IMG/VR virus record: IMGVR_UViG_3300044712_001401
Span: 1-64,000 of that record
Length of the DNA: 64,000 nt
DNA from: a virus
Strand: one strand, 5' to 3'
The translations under genes and the position numbers were made by a program. Below the pieces are notes generated by a model that was not told the origin of the DNA, did no database searches, and was given only the letters and a program-made list of their open reading frames with translations. Shown piece by piece: positions 47,963 through 58,444 of the stretch; the stretch's first letter is position 1, and the number at the start of each line of letters is the position of its first letter.

Positions 47963-49926
47963 TGCTCACGCAAGGCGTACCCTACAATCTTGGCGGACCG
48001 ATCGAGCCGCAGCACCCGTTGCATCGGGGGCTCGTCTCGCATTTCATTTGTTTGCCTGGATTGATGGGCGGAGCGAGGCTGCAAAATAGAATAGCTCCGC
48101 ACCGCTATGCTCGTTTCGTGACCAATACGACGCGACCTTCGTGGTGGTCGTCGTTTGGACGAACGGCCGGCGCTGGCTCGATCAAGTTTCAGCATAGCTC
48201 GACGAACGGCGGCTATCTCGACCAGGACTATACGGGAATCTCCGCGTATCCGTTATCGCTCGCGGCGTGGGTGTACTGCGGAGGCATCACCGATACGTTC
48301 TACCGTGCGATCCTGACGGTCGGCTCCGACGGGTCGAATCGTGGCTGGTGTAATATCGTCGTTCGCGGGACCACATCGACTTCGATGCGGTTTGGGATGA
48401 CGACAGACAACAACGACGTAGGTGGTGGATCGGCGGCCGATACAAGCACGACAAATTACTCATCCGCATGGCATCACGTAGTGGGGGTCTGGGAGTCAGC
48501 AACATCGAGAAAACTGTACGTCGACGGGCTGCTGCTTGCGACCTATACGTCGTCAGTCACGCTTGCCGCTGGAATCGCGACCGGTTCAACGTGGCTCGGC
48601 GCGCAGAACCTTCGCGGGTCTGTCTCTGGCAATACATCGCTGACCGGCTACGCAGACGATTGGAGAGTTTGGAATCGCGGCTTGTCGTCGTCGGAGGTTT
48701 GGACGCTTTACAATCTCACTCGCGTAGGTAGCCCCATGCGCTACGTGCGAGGATGTCGGATTAGTTCGATTTTGCTCGACGGAGACACGGCGGTTTCGAG
48801 CCAATCATCTTCGCTTAGCTCGCTCTCGTCTTCGCGTTCGTCGTCTTCGCGTTCGTCGCTTAGCTCGCTCTCATCGTTGTCGAGCCTGTCGAGTTCGTCG
48901 CGTTCGTCCTCGTCGATTAGCTCGCTCTCATCGTTGTCGAGCCTGTCGAGTTCGTCGCGTTCGTCCTCGTCGATTAGCTCGCTCTCGTCGTTGTCGTCGT
49001 CGAGCGTGTCGAGCCTTAGTAGCTTGTCGAGCCTGTCGACGTCTTCGCGTTCGTCGTCGTCTCGCTCGTCGTCGTCGATATCGAGCGTGTCGAGTCTCTC
49101 GACGTTGTCGAGTCAATCGAGTTCGTCGCTGTCGAGCCTGTCAAGCCAATCGAGTTCGTCGCGGTCGTCGAGTTCGTCGCTCTCGTCGCTGTCGTCGCTG
49201 TCGAGTTCGTCTCGCTCGTCGTCGAGCGTGTCGAGCCCAAGCAGTTTATCAACGCAGTCATCGCAGTCGACGTCGAGCCTGTCGAGCTTGTCGAGTGCGT
49301 CGAGCGCGTCGGTGATATCGCTATCGACTCCGTCAAGTCAGTCCAGTTTTTCGAGTTCGTCGCGGTCGAGTTCGTCTCGGTCGAGTTCGTCTCGTTCGTC
49401 GTCGTCTCGTTCGTCGTCGTCTTCGCTTAGCTCGCTTTCGTCGTTCTCGTCCTCGTCGCGGTCCTCGTCGTCGCTGTCGAGCGCGTCGAGCGTGTCGAGC
49501 CTGTCTAGCCAATCGTCGTCGCTCTCGTCCGTCTCGTCGCTTAGCTCGCTCTCGTCGTCGAGCGTGTCGAGCATTTCAAGTGCATCGAGTTCGTCTCGCT
49601 CGTCGCTGTCGAGTTTATCAAGCCTGTCGAGTTCGTCGCGGTCGTCGTCGTCGCTTAGCTCATTGTCGAGCCAATCAAGCTCGTCGGTTTCTTCGTCGAG
49701 CGCGTCGAGCGTGTCGAGCCTGTCTACCCAATCGGTTAACTCGTCGTCGTTCTCATCGTCGCTCTCGTCCGTCTCGTCGTCGTCTGTCTCGTCGTCGAGC
49801 ACGTCCGACGCGTTCGGTGGGCATCCGTGGCCTGGATACGCGACGGCTGCGGGGCGGACCGGAGAAAATGACGGGGGCGGATACGCGACGGTGTCGGGCG
49901 GCTATAGCGGCGTTGTTGTTCGCTAG
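47962..49926 (+). CDS. LamG/concanavalin-A-like lectin domain + approx. 330-aa poly-Ser tract
   Basis: SLAAWV, WHHVVGVW, LYVDG, G..DDWRVWNRGLS..EV..LY; Ser tract approx. 48796-49806. Confidence 0.82.
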   Translation: MLTQGVPYNLGGPIEPQHPLHRGLVSHFICLPGLMGGARLQNRIAPHRYARFVTNTTRPSWWSSFGRTAGAGSIKFQHSSTNGGYLDQDYTGISAYPLSLAAWVYCGGITDTFYRAILTVGSDGSNRGWCNIVVRGTTSTSMRFGMTTDNNDVGGGSAADTSTTNYSSAWHHVVGVWESATSRKLYVDGLLLATYTSSVTLAAGIATGSTWLGAQNLRGSVSGNTSLTGYADDWRVWNRGLSSSEVWTLYNLTRVGSPMRYVRGCRISSILLDGDTAVSSQSSSLSSLSSSRSSSSRSSLSSLSSLSSLSSSSRSSSSISSLSSLSSLSSSSRSSSSISSLSSLSSSSVSSLSSLSSLSTSSRSSSSRSSSSISSVSSLSTLSSQSSSSLSSLSSQSSSSRSSSSSLSSLSSLSSSSRSSSSVSSPSSLSTQSSQSTSSLSSLSSASSASVISLSTPSSQSSFSSSSRSSSSRSSSSRSSSSRSSSSSLSSLSSFSSSSRSSSSLSSASSVSSLSSQSSSLSSVSSLSSLSSSSVSSISSASSSSRSSLSSLSSLSSSSRSSSSLSSLSSQSSSSVSSSSASSVSSLSTQSVNSSSFSSSLSSVSSSSVSSSSTSDAFGGHPWPGYATAAGRTGENDGGGYATVSGGYSGVVVR

Positions 49927-49936
49927 GAGGTGTGTT

Positions 49937-50284
49937 GTGAGTGTCAATCTTGTCGCGCAACGACGACGGACCTTGATTCGGGAGTTCACGTTTTACGACA
50001 CGGGCGACGAGCTACTAACGATCGACGCGGGGGATGTGATCGAGGTCCGCATCGGGCGCAACGGCTCTCCCGCGTTGATTGAAATCTCGTCGGCGGGGCC
50101 GACCGCAAACGGGAGCACGTGCCAGCAAAATAACCCGTGCGTGGTTGTCTTTCACGAGGACGACGTTTCCGAATTGCACGCGGGCAACTACGATCTTGAA
50201 ATCGTGCTCGTCGACGCAAGCCGTGGCGGCGTGGAACTTGAGATTGAACGCGGCGTGTTTTCGGTCTTGGAGGCGGTGCAATGA
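49937..50284 (+). CDS. Hypothetical virion-associated protein
   Basis: AGGAGG RBS; G.YDLEI...G.F.V pattern. Confidence 0.6.
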   Translation: MSVNLVAQRRRTLIREFTFYDTGDELLTIDAGDVIEVRIGRNGSPALIEISSAGPTANGSTCQQNNPCVVVFHEDDVSELHAGNYDLEIVLVDASRGGVELEIERGVFSVLEAVQ

Positions 50285-51111
50285 GCGTATTGATTTCCGA
50301 GGCTGACGTGCGGGTGTCGCTAGGAATCGCCGCGATCATCACGGACGAGGAGCGGCAGGTGCTCTCGACGGTTGTTGTCGAAGCGACCAAGGCAATCGCC
50401 GATTTTCTCGGATACGATCCGGTGCAGCGTTCGGTCACCGAGTTCTACCCGCGAGGCAATTTGGCAAGCTCGCGGCGTGGCTCGGAAGAGTTCGACTCCA
50501 ACGGAACGCGAGCCTACATCCGCAGCACTAGTGGGCGTCGTCAGACGCTCCAGCTTGCGCGGCTCCCGGTGCGATCCGTGGCGTCAGTTCGCGTCGATCT
50601 CACCGGGCGATTCGGGCAGGCGTCCGGGGCGTTTCCAGGTAGCACCGAGTTGGTTTCAGGCGTCGATTACTGGGCGGAGTTCGAGGAAGCGAACCTATGC
50701 CAATCTGGCATGCTGATTTCAACGGGGCTTTGGCCGACGGAGCCGGGCAGCGTGCGGGTCACCTACGTCGCGGGGTACTCGTCGCAGGAATTGGCGGGTC
50801 GGGCGTATACGACTGAAACCGTCGGCGGAGACGTCACGGAGTACACCAACGCCGGCGTAAACGCGTCGGCGATCGTACGAGCCGCGAAGCTCACGGCCTC
50901 CAAGTTTTTCCAAACCGAGATGTCGAACCGGAAGTCGTCGGCGACGGGGTGGCGAGCGGCCGGCTCGCTCACCGGCGAGAAGCTCGGAGACTACGCTTAC
51001 ACGAAAGACGCGATGGCGTCTCGCTCGCTCACCGGGATGGCGATTAGCCTTCCAGGGGAGGCGGCCGAGTTGCTGGAGCCCTACGTGCACTACGGCTTAG
51101 CTCGGACGTAG
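50281..51111 (+). CDS. Head-tail connector (adaptor) protein
   Basis: L.RLPV.SV.SV, V.VTY.AGY, EKLGDYAY, LLEPY. Confidence 0.75.
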   Translation: MSVLISEADVRVSLGIAAIITDEERQVLSTVVVEATKAIADFLGYDPVQRSVTEFYPRGNLASSRRGSEEFDSNGTRAYIRSTSGRRQTLQLARLPVRSVASVRVDLTGRFGQASGAFPGSTELVSGVDYWAEFEEANLCQSGMLISTGLWPTEPGSVRVTYVAGYSSQELAGRAYTTETVGGDVTEYTNAGVNASAIVRAAKLTASKFFQTEMSNRKSSATGWRAAGSLTGEKLGDYAYTKDAMASRSLTGMAISLPGEAAELLEPYVHYGLART

Positions 51112-51123
51112 GAGGCTCTCGTC

Positions 51124-51321
51124 GTGGCCGGACAGTCAAACGGAGGCGTAACCGTATTCCTGCGAGTGGTGGTGCGGAATCGTGCGGCCGTTGCGGCGTT
51201 GATGTCGGTTGTCGACGAGCTACGCGAGATGGCGGAGGATCTGCCGTGGACGTCGGCCGGCGAAATGGCCGATCGTCTTGAGGCGTCTTTAGAGGAGCTA
51301 GACGTTGTCTCTACTCGATAA
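51124..51321 (+). CDS. Hypothetical protein
   Basis: AGGAGG RBS. Confidence 0.55.
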   Translation: MAGQSNGGVTVFLRVVVRNRAAVAALMSVVDELREMAEDLPWTSAGEMADRLEASLEELDVVSTR

Positions 51322-51679
51322 CCTGCCGCACCAAGTTACGATTTCGCGGATGTCGTACGCGAGCGATTCGTATGGAAGAATTGAGTCGCTCCGACCGTTG
51401 GCGTCGGGCGTCAGCGCGTGGGTGCAAAACGCGACGCAAAGCGACATCGTCGAGTCGCAAAAACGCAAGCAAATCGTAACGCATCGGATCGCCTTTTCCG
51501 GTGTCCCATCCGTGCGGATGCGTCCCGGCGATTACGTCACGGTCACTAGCGGGCCGTCGTTCGTCGGCAGCCAATTCAAGTTTCTCAGCGCGACCGACCG
51601 TTCGGCAGGGCTTGGCGTGCTATGGATTGGGCTATTCGAGGAAAACACGCAAGACGACCCGCCGGAGGACGATTCGTGA
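51305..51679 (+). CDS. Head-closure (stopper) protein
   Basis: LPH.VTI.R...D.YG, VTHRI; synteny. Confidence 0.65.
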   Translation: MSLLDNLPHQVTISRMSYASDSYGRIESLRPLASGVSAWVQNATQSDIVESQKRKQIVTHRIAFSGVPSVRMRPGDYVTVTSGPSFVGSQFKFLSATDRSAGLGVLWIGLFEENTQDDPPEDDS

Positions 51680-52014
51680 AAATTCAAGTTGCAAACGTCG
51701 ACGATTTTTTAGGCGAGCTACACTGCGAGAGCACGCGGGTGAAAAATGGCGTTGTTCGCTTTCAGGTCTATCGAACGCCGGAGCAAGACGAGCGGGTGTC
51801 GTTCGACGTCGCGGTCCTGGCAACGGCTATTTTGACGGACGACGACAAGCGGCCGGTCGCGATTCTGGAATACATCGAAGCGTGCGGTCGCGACTCGCGA
51901 AAAGAAGTCGACGCTGGGAGCCGCCGCGCGGCGGAGATTGAATTACGGATTCGCGAGGCGTGCGGAAGTTTGAACCTGTCGGTTCGTCCCGGCAAGTTTG
52001 AGCTGTTTTATTAG
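51676..52014 (+). CDS. Hypothetical protein
   Basis: GGAGG RBS, GTGA overlap. Confidence 0.6.
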   Translation: MKIQVANVDDFLGELHCESTRVKNGVVRFQVYRTPEQDERVSFDVAVLATAILTDDDKRPVAILEYIEACGRDSRKEVDAGSRRAAEIELRIREACGSLNLSVRPGKFELFY

Positions 52015-52029
52015 AGCGAGGGCGCAAAC

Positions 52030-52500
52030 GTGGTATCAGCGGAACGCATGCGAGCCGGCCGAGCCGCGAGAATCGAGCGATACAATACGCGTCTCCGTTG
52101 GTTTGGCGACCAACTGGAAGCCGGTGTCAGAATGAGCGTTGAGGCTCGGCTGCGACTTGCGGCGCAATTGTTGCGCGACAAGGTGGTTGTCAATCTCTCG
52201 GTTCCCGTGGTCAAAGAGCGGCGGCGCGGCGCGGGCGGTCGCTTCGCTCGCGTGCGCGTGACGCAGCGCTCGCGACCGGGAGAGTTTCCGCGAGCCGACA
52301 CGACGCGACTGATGAAAGACATCTATTATGAGATGCAGGGTCGCGAAATGGCGATCGTGGGGACGACGCTTGATTACGGGTTGATTCTTGAGACGCGGAT
52401 GGACCGGGCGTTCTTGCGGCGTACGCTCCTGGAAATGCAAACCGACCTGACGAGGATTTTGACGGCTGGGCTCGGCGGCGCGGACCTGCGTATTACTTAG
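52030..52500 (+). CDS. HK97 gp10-like tail completion protein
   Basis: S.PGE.P..DT.RL, VGT.LDYG..LE..M.R.FLR. Confidence 0.75.
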   Translation: MVSAERMRAGRAARIERYNTRLRWFGDQLEAGVRMSVEARLRLAAQLLRDKVVVNLSVPVVKERRRGAGGRFARVRVTQRSRPGEFPRADTTRLMKDIYYEMQGREMAIVGTTLDYGLILETRMDRAFLRRTLLEMQTDLTRILTAGLGGADLRIT

Positions 52501-52517
52501 CTAGCGAGGAGAACGCG

Positions 52518-53027
52518 ATGACGACACCGGCTGGGCGCGGAGCGTGGACGTTGACGAAGGCGATTCGTGCGAAGTGGACCGCTTCGTCTCCGTCGCTCGA
52601 CAACGCTTTTCGCGCGTATTGGACGATGCCGACAGAAACCCGAGTTCCTGTCTTATCGCTTGGGGAGGCGCGACCGTCGACGCCGGGGCCGTACGCAGTC
52701 TTCGCGACCGAGTTTGTGCGGCACGTCGCGGCGATGACCGGAGTCGAGCGAGACACCGAAAACCAGTTGCAAGAATACTGGGTCCGAATCCGGATTCACG
52801 CCAAGCAAACCGCGAGCGTTTCGGCTCTCGGAGTTGCGGCTGCTCTCGCGACGTTGGTGGCTTCGGAGTTTGACTCTCGCTCGCGTCGTCTCGACTTAAC
52901 GCCGGATGCCTTGGTGTCTCAACGTCGGATGGGCGACGTCGTGGTCGAACAAGACGATGTCGCGGAGATCGAGCTATCATGGCTCGTCGTCGTCGATTGC
53001 GTCTATGAAGGGCCAGTGGTATCCTAG
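52518..53027 (+). CDS. Putative tail terminator
   Basis: PYAVF motif, size and synteny. Confidence 0.55.
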   Translation: MTTPAGRGAWTLTKAIRAKWTASSPSLDNAFRAYWTMPTETRVPVLSLGEARPSTPGPYAVFATEFVRHVAAMTGVERDTENQLQEYWVRIRIHAKQTASVSALGVAAALATLVASEFDSRSRRLDLTPDALVSQRRMGDVVVEQDDVAEIELSWLVVVDCVYEGPVVS

Positions 53028-53076
53028 CGGCGAATTCTTGCGCGACGACGGTTGACAAATTAGCAACTCGGGGGAC

Positions 53077-53748
53077 GTGGCGATGGGCGAGCGAACTGGC
53101 GAGGCGCAAATCAAGATCACGGTCGGCGGGAATATCTACAACACTTCCGGCCTGAACGTGTCGACGTCGATCATTGGCGCGGCAATTACGAAGCTCACGC
53201 TCGAATCGGGCATTGAGGCCGACGAGTTTAACCGGGCGTGGCAAAGCATCGACCGCACGCTCGCATCGGGCGCAAGTGAGACGCTCGATTTGTACGACTT
53301 CGCGACGCTCGACATCGGAGGCGGCGCGGGGAACGACGTGCTCGGGCAGGCGTTGACGATGGAAGAAATCGTCTGTCTGGTGATCGTGCAAGAAGAGGGT
53401 CCGGGGCGACTTGAAATCAACGAGACTCCGCCGGCCAACGTGATCGCGTGGCTTGGCTCGCATACCGTGGCGAACGGCGGGGCACTCAAGGCGGGTGGCG
53501 TCCGGCTCTGGTTGGAGTCGGACGCTGACGCGTTGGACATCACCGATGCGTCCTCTCACAAGGTGACGTTTAAGGCGAACGGCGGAGCGGTCACGTACTC
53601 AATTTACATTCTCGGACGTCACGACGATAACGAGTCGTCATCGTCAAGCCTGTCATCGTCCTCGTCGTCGTCCTCGTCTCGCTCGTCGTCTTCGCGGTCG
53701 AGTTCGTCAAGCGTATCGTCGCTGTCGTCCTCGTCCTCGTCTCCGTAG
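53077..53748 (+). CDS. Putative virion protein with short C-terminal poly-Ser tail
   Basis: Ser tract approx. 53635-53742; located just before the tail tube gene. Confidence 0.7.
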   Translation: MAMGERTGEAQIKITVGGNIYNTSGLNVSTSIIGAAITKLTLESGIEADEFNRAWQSIDRTLASGASETLDLYDFATLDIGGGAGNDVLGQALTMEEIVCLVIVQEEGPGRLEINETPPANVIAWLGSHTVANGGALKAGGVRLWLESDADALDITDASSHKVTFKANGGAVTYSIYILGRHDDNESSSSSLSSSSSSSSSRSSSSRSSSSSVSSLSSSSSSP

Positions 53749-53822
53749 TCGTTTCGGTTGGGGTTTGTCGAGGCGGAACGGCAACCCGCAAATAGTTCCA
53801 CAACTCGCGGGAGTATTGTTCT

Positions 53823-54257
53823 ATGACCACACCTGCCGACGGCTCGACTGCTCGCTCTGGCGAGCTTGGCAAGGCCGTAATCGAAGACACGTTGGTGGCT
53901 CGCATCACGAAGTGGAGCCTGGAGGATTCCGTTGGAGAGTCGGCTTGGGGCGACTCGGACAGCGAAGGCTACACGAACCGGAAGGCAGCGCGAAAGGATT
54001 GCACCGGCTCGCTGGAGGGCAAGTTCGACGAGGACTCTCCGGTCTATGACTTGTTCGCCACGGGCGACATCGTCGAGTTGGTATTGTGGGAGACGGCCAC
54101 CGATTACTGGGCGTTTCCGCGAGCGCTGATGAAGAACTTCAAAATCACCTACGACCAAGACACCAAGGAGGTCGTCGGGTGGACCGCCGATTTTGGCGCG
54201 GACGGCAAGTTCTATCGGCCGGGAGCGGTCGGGGCTCCGGCGCACACCCTGCCGTAG
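53823..54257 (+). CDS. Tail tube protein
   Basis: ITKWSL...G..DCTGSLEGKFD...WTADF..DG; followed by a terminator and the chaperone gene. Confidence 0.72.
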   Translation: MTTPADGSTARSGELGKAVIEDTLVARITKWSLEDSVGESAWGDSDSEGYTNRKAARKDCTGSLEGKFDEDSPVYDLFATGDIVELVLWETATDYWAFPRALMKNFKITYDQDTKEVVGWTADFGADGKFYRPGAVGAPAHTLP

Positions 54258-54304
54258 TCGCACTTGCGGCGATAATCGGTGGGCAACTAGGTACGGCAAT
54301 TCCG

Positions 54305-54338
54305 AGCCGTTCGGCGAAGTGCCGGACGGCTTTTTTTT
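54305..54338 (+). terminator. Intrinsic terminator
   Basis: AGCCGTTCGGC-GAAGT-GCCGGACGGCT followed by a T run. Confidence 0.85.
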
Positions 54339-54357
54339 ATTTTGACAGACGGAGACG

Positions 54358-55077
54358 GTGTTTATGTCGGCGGATCGGATGGAAGCGGTGGTGCGGCGCG
54401 AGCGCGTCGTCGATATGCCGGACGGAAAGAAAATGGTGATTACGGGGCTCGGGCTACAAGACTTTGTCGCGGCTCGGGACGAGGCGTTGCGGCTCTACCG
54501 TCGCGCGCACGTGCAGGCGGTTGAAGACATCGCAGACTTGATTGCGGATGAGGACGAGCGACAACGACGCCGGATGAAGGCGTTTGACGAAGCGCAATCG
54601 ATGACGGTGGATTCGTTGCCTACTCGCGTCGTTTCAATTCCGGTGCGAGACCGCGCCGGGCGTCCCGTTCGTGCGGTCGGCAAGCCGGGCGAGTATATGA
54701 CGGTGCAACGCGAAACGGAGTACACCATCTGGTGGATGAGCGAGACGCCGTCGGGGCGTCTATTTATGACGTGGCGTTCGTTGCGCGGAGCACCGGGGCA
54801 GGAATCCATTACGCTGGACGAGGCGGATACGATTTTCCGGGACGCGGCAGCACAACTGCAATCGATCGCGAACGAGGTCGGAGAGTTGTCGAGTACGTCG
54901 CTATTGGCCGACGATGCAACGGTGGAGACGCTGGGAAACTCAACAGGCCGGACGTCGTCGAACCCCACGGGCGGCCGGCCGGAAGTGGCGACAGCAGCGG
55001 CGGGGCTATCGAGGCGACAGCGTCGCAACTTGGCGAGGCTGGAACGCCGGCGAAGTCGGCGAGACGGCCGGGCGTGA
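54358..55077 (+). CDS. Tail assembly chaperone (gpG-like)
   Basis: Between tube and tape measure genes; slippery site near the 3' end. Confidence 0.7.
   Translation: MFMSADRMEAVVRRERVVDMPDGKKMVITGLGLQDFVAARDEALRLYRRAHVQAVEDIADLIADEDERQRRRMKAFDEAQSMTVDSLPTRVVSIPVRDRAGRPVRAVGKPGEYMTVQRETEYTIWWMSETPSGRLFMTWRSLRGAPGQESITLDEADTIFRDAAAQLQSIANEVGELSSTSLLADDATVETLGNSTGRTSSNPTGGRPEVATAAAGLSRRQRRNLARLERRRSRRDGRA
54933..54939 (+). other. Programmed -1 frameshift site G GGA AAC giving the gpGT-like product that ends at 55451
   Basis: X XXY YYZ heptamer in the correct register; the -1 frame is open to 55451 and contains YPG.T.D.VGRMTIDQI. Confidence 0.78.
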
Positions 55078-55481
55078 ATTGGGCGGTCGTCGCGAGAAAG
55101 ATTTGTGAAGCCTACCCTGGGGTAACGACGGACGCGGTCGGACGGATGACGATTGACCAAATTCTGGTTATGGTTTTGCCTATCAAGCAACTCCAAGCTA
55201 CGCATGGGGTGGTCGAAATTTCGACGGCCGAGGCTGCGGCGTTGGGGCTTGTGCGGCGCGACAGTAACGGCGAGTCACTCGTTCAACGCATCCGGGCATC
55301 CGAAGAACACCGTAGGAAAGTGGCAGCGGCGAGGGCCGAGCGGAAAGAAGAGCGGCGGCGACGTCGCGAGAAACGGCGAGCGGAAATCGAGCGGCAGACG
55401 AAGGCCGATCGTGCTCAACGGCGCAAAGAGCGGCGGCGACGTCGCAGGTAGAGCGGACGACGGGCGGTTTTTGGGGGGCTT

Positions 55482-57494
55482 ATGGCTGCATCTGTAAAAC
55501 TCGCCGAGGCGTTCGTTGCGCTCACAATGAATCTCGGCGGATTGCGAGAAGGGCTCTCATCCGCCAAGTCGGAGATCTCCGCCGGCGTTGCTGGATTTCA
55601 ATCGCTGCTGGGTGGGCTTGGCTTGGCGGGCGGACTGGGTGGGTTCTATCTGGGAGCCGAGGCGGCTGCCGATTCTGCGCTGCGCGGAATTGACGCGCAA
55701 GCGAGGCTCGCGGCCGCGCTCAAGGCTACTGGAGGAGCGGCCGGATTTTCGGCGGAGGAGTTGGCTTCGTGGGCGGGTGAATTGCAAGACGCAACCAACA
55801 TCGAAGATGAAACCATCATGGAATCGATGGCGCTCTTGTCGACGTTCAAGAGCGTGCAAAACGACGTGTTCAAACGTGGAACGCAAGCGGCTCTCGACTT
55901 AGCAAAGACGGGGTTCGGCTCGGCGGAGTCGCAAGCTGTCGCGCTGGGAAAGGCGTTAGAGAATCCAACAAAGGGCATTACGGCGCTCGGGCGGTCCGGC
56001 GTTACGTTTACGGATGCCGAGAAGGCAAAGATCAAGGAGCTACAAAAGAGCGGCAATCTCTACGAGGCGCAGCTTGTCATCTTGAACGCTGTCGAGGGGC
56101 AGGTCAAAGGCGTCGCGGAAGCCATGCGAAACACGCCGGCGGGGCAATACGAGGCGGCGAAAATCGCGCTCGGAGATTTGCAAGAGGAGCTAGGCGGAGC
56201 CGTCTTGCCTAGTCTTACGCGATTCAAGCAGCAGGTCGTCTCGGCGGCCGGCGTGGGGCTCGTCTTCGCGAAGGGGCTCCTGGCGGTCAATGACGCGTTA
56301 GGCGGGATGCCTGGAACACTCGCGGCCGTTTCGTCTGGCGTCATGGCGGTCGCGGCGGCGCTCAAGGCGGCGCGGCTCGCGGGTCTCACGTTCGGCGCTG
56401 CCATGCGGACCGCATTGATTGGGACCGGCGTTGGTATTTTGCTGGTGGCGTTGGGCTCGATAGCCTCGCTGATTTGGTCGGCGATTGAGGCGGCGATCGA
56501 GTTCGCAAAAACGCAGGGCGAGTGGGAGGGAATTGTCGCGCAGTTTTCGGTTGCGTGGGAAAACGTGGTCGCTTCGTTCGACGCGATTTGGCAATCGCTG
56601 GTTTCAATTGCGACGTCGGCGCTTGCGGCAATCGGCATCGACATTGAGACAACGACAGAGGACGGCTTGTCGTCGTTTGGCTCGTTCGTGCTCTCGGCGA
56701 TTCAATGGTTTGCGGACTTGGCGGTGAACGCGTCCGAGTGGCTGCGAGTCATTGCCGAGAACGCCGGGACCGTTTGGGAAATGGTGAAAAACGGTCTCTG
56801 GGTCGCGTTGCTCTTCATGGGCGATTTGCTGATGAACTGGCCGGGTGTTTGGTCTTACATGAGCGGGCGAGTGTTACGGTTCTTCTGGGACATGCTGATG
56901 TCGTTGATCGACTTCCTGGCGAAAGCCCTGGAAGTAATGGCGAACGCGGTCGGGGAGTTTGTGGGGTGGCTCTGGGACGCAATCAAAGCGGCTATCACCG
57001 GAGACGCAATCCCAGATTTTTTCGCGTCGCTCTCGTCGAGATTGATGCAAGAAGCAGCCGACGTTGGGACCGCGTTTCAAGACGGCTGGAACAAGGCGGG
57101 GATGTCGCTTACGTGGCAGCCATCGGCGGCGTTTACGAACGCGATTAAAGAGCAGGAGCGACTCGCCGATAAGTTACTAGACGCAAAGGCGCAGCTAGAA
57201 GCCGGCCGTGGCGGGCGTCTTGCGGACCTTCTCAAAGGTGACAAGAAAATCGGCAATGGAAACGCGGACCGAAAAGTTGAAATCAGCGCGGCCGAGCTAA
57301 AAGTTCCCAGCGGGTTCATCCAGTTTGACGCGCTCGGAAAAAGTTTCCAAGACGCGATGATTGAGAAGAACGACCCAGCCAAGCAAACGGCGAAAAATAC
57401 CGACCTGATGCGACAAGCGGCGGAGCGTCAAGAGCAACTCTTGAAAGACATCAAGGCGAACACGGAAGACGAAGATCAGGTTGCGGACGACTAG
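55482..57494 (+). CDS. Tape measure protein (670 aa)
   Basis: LAEAFVAL start, Ala/Gly-rich helices, LGKALENP.KGITAL.R.GV.F, periodic Trp/Phe repeats. Confidence 0.9.
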   Translation: MAASVKLAEAFVALTMNLGGLREGLSSAKSEISAGVAGFQSLLGGLGLAGGLGGFYLGAEAAADSALRGIDAQARLAAALKATGGAAGFSAEELASWAGELQDATNIEDETIMESMALLSTFKSVQNDVFKRGTQAALDLAKTGFGSAESQAVALGKALENPTKGITALGRSGVTFTDAEKAKIKELQKSGNLYEAQLVILNAVEGQVKGVAEAMRNTPAGQYEAAKIALGDLQEELGGAVLPSLTRFKQQVVSAAGVGLVFAKGLLAVNDALGGMPGTLAAVSSGVMAVAAALKAARLAGLTFGAAMRTALIGTGVGILLVALGSIASLIWSAIEAAIEFAKTQGEWEGIVAQFSVAWENVVASFDAIWQSLVSIATSALAAIGIDIETTTEDGLSSFGSFVLSAIQWFADLAVNASEWLRVIAENAGTVWEMVKNGLWVALLFMGDLLMNWPGVWSYMSGRVLRFFWDMLMSLIDFLAKALEVMANAVGEFVGWLWDAIKAAITGDAIPDFFASLSSRLMQEAADVGTAFQDGWNKAGMSLTWQPSAAFTNAIKEQERLADKLLDAKAQLEAGRGGRLADLLKGDKKIGNGNADRKVEISAAELKVPSGFIQFDALGKSFQDAMIEKNDPAKQTAKNTDLMRQAAERQEQLLKDIKANTEDEDQVADD

Positions 57495-57514
57495 ACCGCT
57501 CCGGGAGGTTAGTT

Positions 57515-58441
57515 ATGGGCTCTGATATTGACGACGCGCGCCTAGCTACCGATGGCGGGATTCCGTACAAGCTCATGGAGGGCTATCCGCGAATCTCCGC
57601 AAGCGACGACGGCTGCTCAGCGGAGGAGCAATACTTGATTCGCTCGCGAGACGTCGCGGCGTTCTTTGCGGAATCGATGCCTCCGCCGATTGTGTTTCTT
57701 GATTTCATTACGCAGCCGGCGCGGCGGCGTATGCCGGGAACCGGATTCTTGGTGACAAAGGAGGTTTCGTTCGAGCCATTCGACAAAACGAAACCGGGCG
57801 ATCCGTTTCGCGTTGATCCGTCGGCGGCGTCCGGAACCTATTCAGATTTGTACGTCGCGAATATCAAGTACGAGACAGGGCAGGAGAGCGACGAGACAGA
57901 GCACGACGAGAACAAGCCGGAGACGTTTCTGGAGCATGACGTCAACGTGGGCGGCGAGTTCCTTAGTATTCCGCCAGCAAAGACGAAGATTGTCGAAGAC
58001 GACCTAGGGACTCCGCAATCGTACGGCGCAGCGGTGGACAATCCGGATCGCAATTCTCCGGTGCAAAAAATCGTCGCGACGATGGAGCATAACTTGCGGT
58101 GGAAGTTCGTGCTCGTGCCTCCGTGGGAAGAAATTCTGCGACAGTTAGGCCACGTGAACCGCGCACGTCATGCGGTTTTTTTTGACTCGCCCGCCGAGTG
58201 CGTTTTGTTCATGGGAGTGAGTGGGAAGCGGCAGTACCTTTGGAACGGCGCAAGCGTCGTCGTACAACCGTGGAGTCTCGACTACAAGTTTTCCGCGAAA
58301 GAGATTACCGAGGGCGCGAACACCTGGGGTTGGAATCACGTGTACTCTCCCGACAAGGGAAAGTTTGTGCGGCTATTTCGCGCGGGCGGGCTGCCGTTGT
58401 ACGAGTCTGCCGATTTCACGCTTCTATTTAAGAAGGGGTAG
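57515..58441 (+). CDS. Tail tip/distal tail protein
   Basis: Directly after the tape measure gene; GGAGG RBS; GWNH...LY...DF..L motif. Confidence 0.6.
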   Translation: MGSDIDDARLATDGGIPYKLMEGYPRISASDDGCSAEEQYLIRSRDVAAFFAESMPPPIVFLDFITQPARRRMPGTGFLVTKEVSFEPFDKTKPGDPFRVDPSAASGTYSDLYVANIKYETGQESDETEHDENKPETFLEHDVNVGGEFLSIPPAKTKIVEDDLGTPQSYGAAVDNPDRNSPVQKIVATMEHNLRWKFVLVPPWEEILRQLGHVNRARHAVFFDSPAECVLFMGVSGKRQYLWNGASVVVQPWSLDYKFSAKEITEGANTWGWNHVYSPDKGKFVRLFRAGGLPLYESADFTLLFKKG

Positions 58442-58444
58442 AAC

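Noticed and set aside
52501-53559. 352-aa minus-strand ORF
   Set aside because: Antisense to two tail genes, no motifs.
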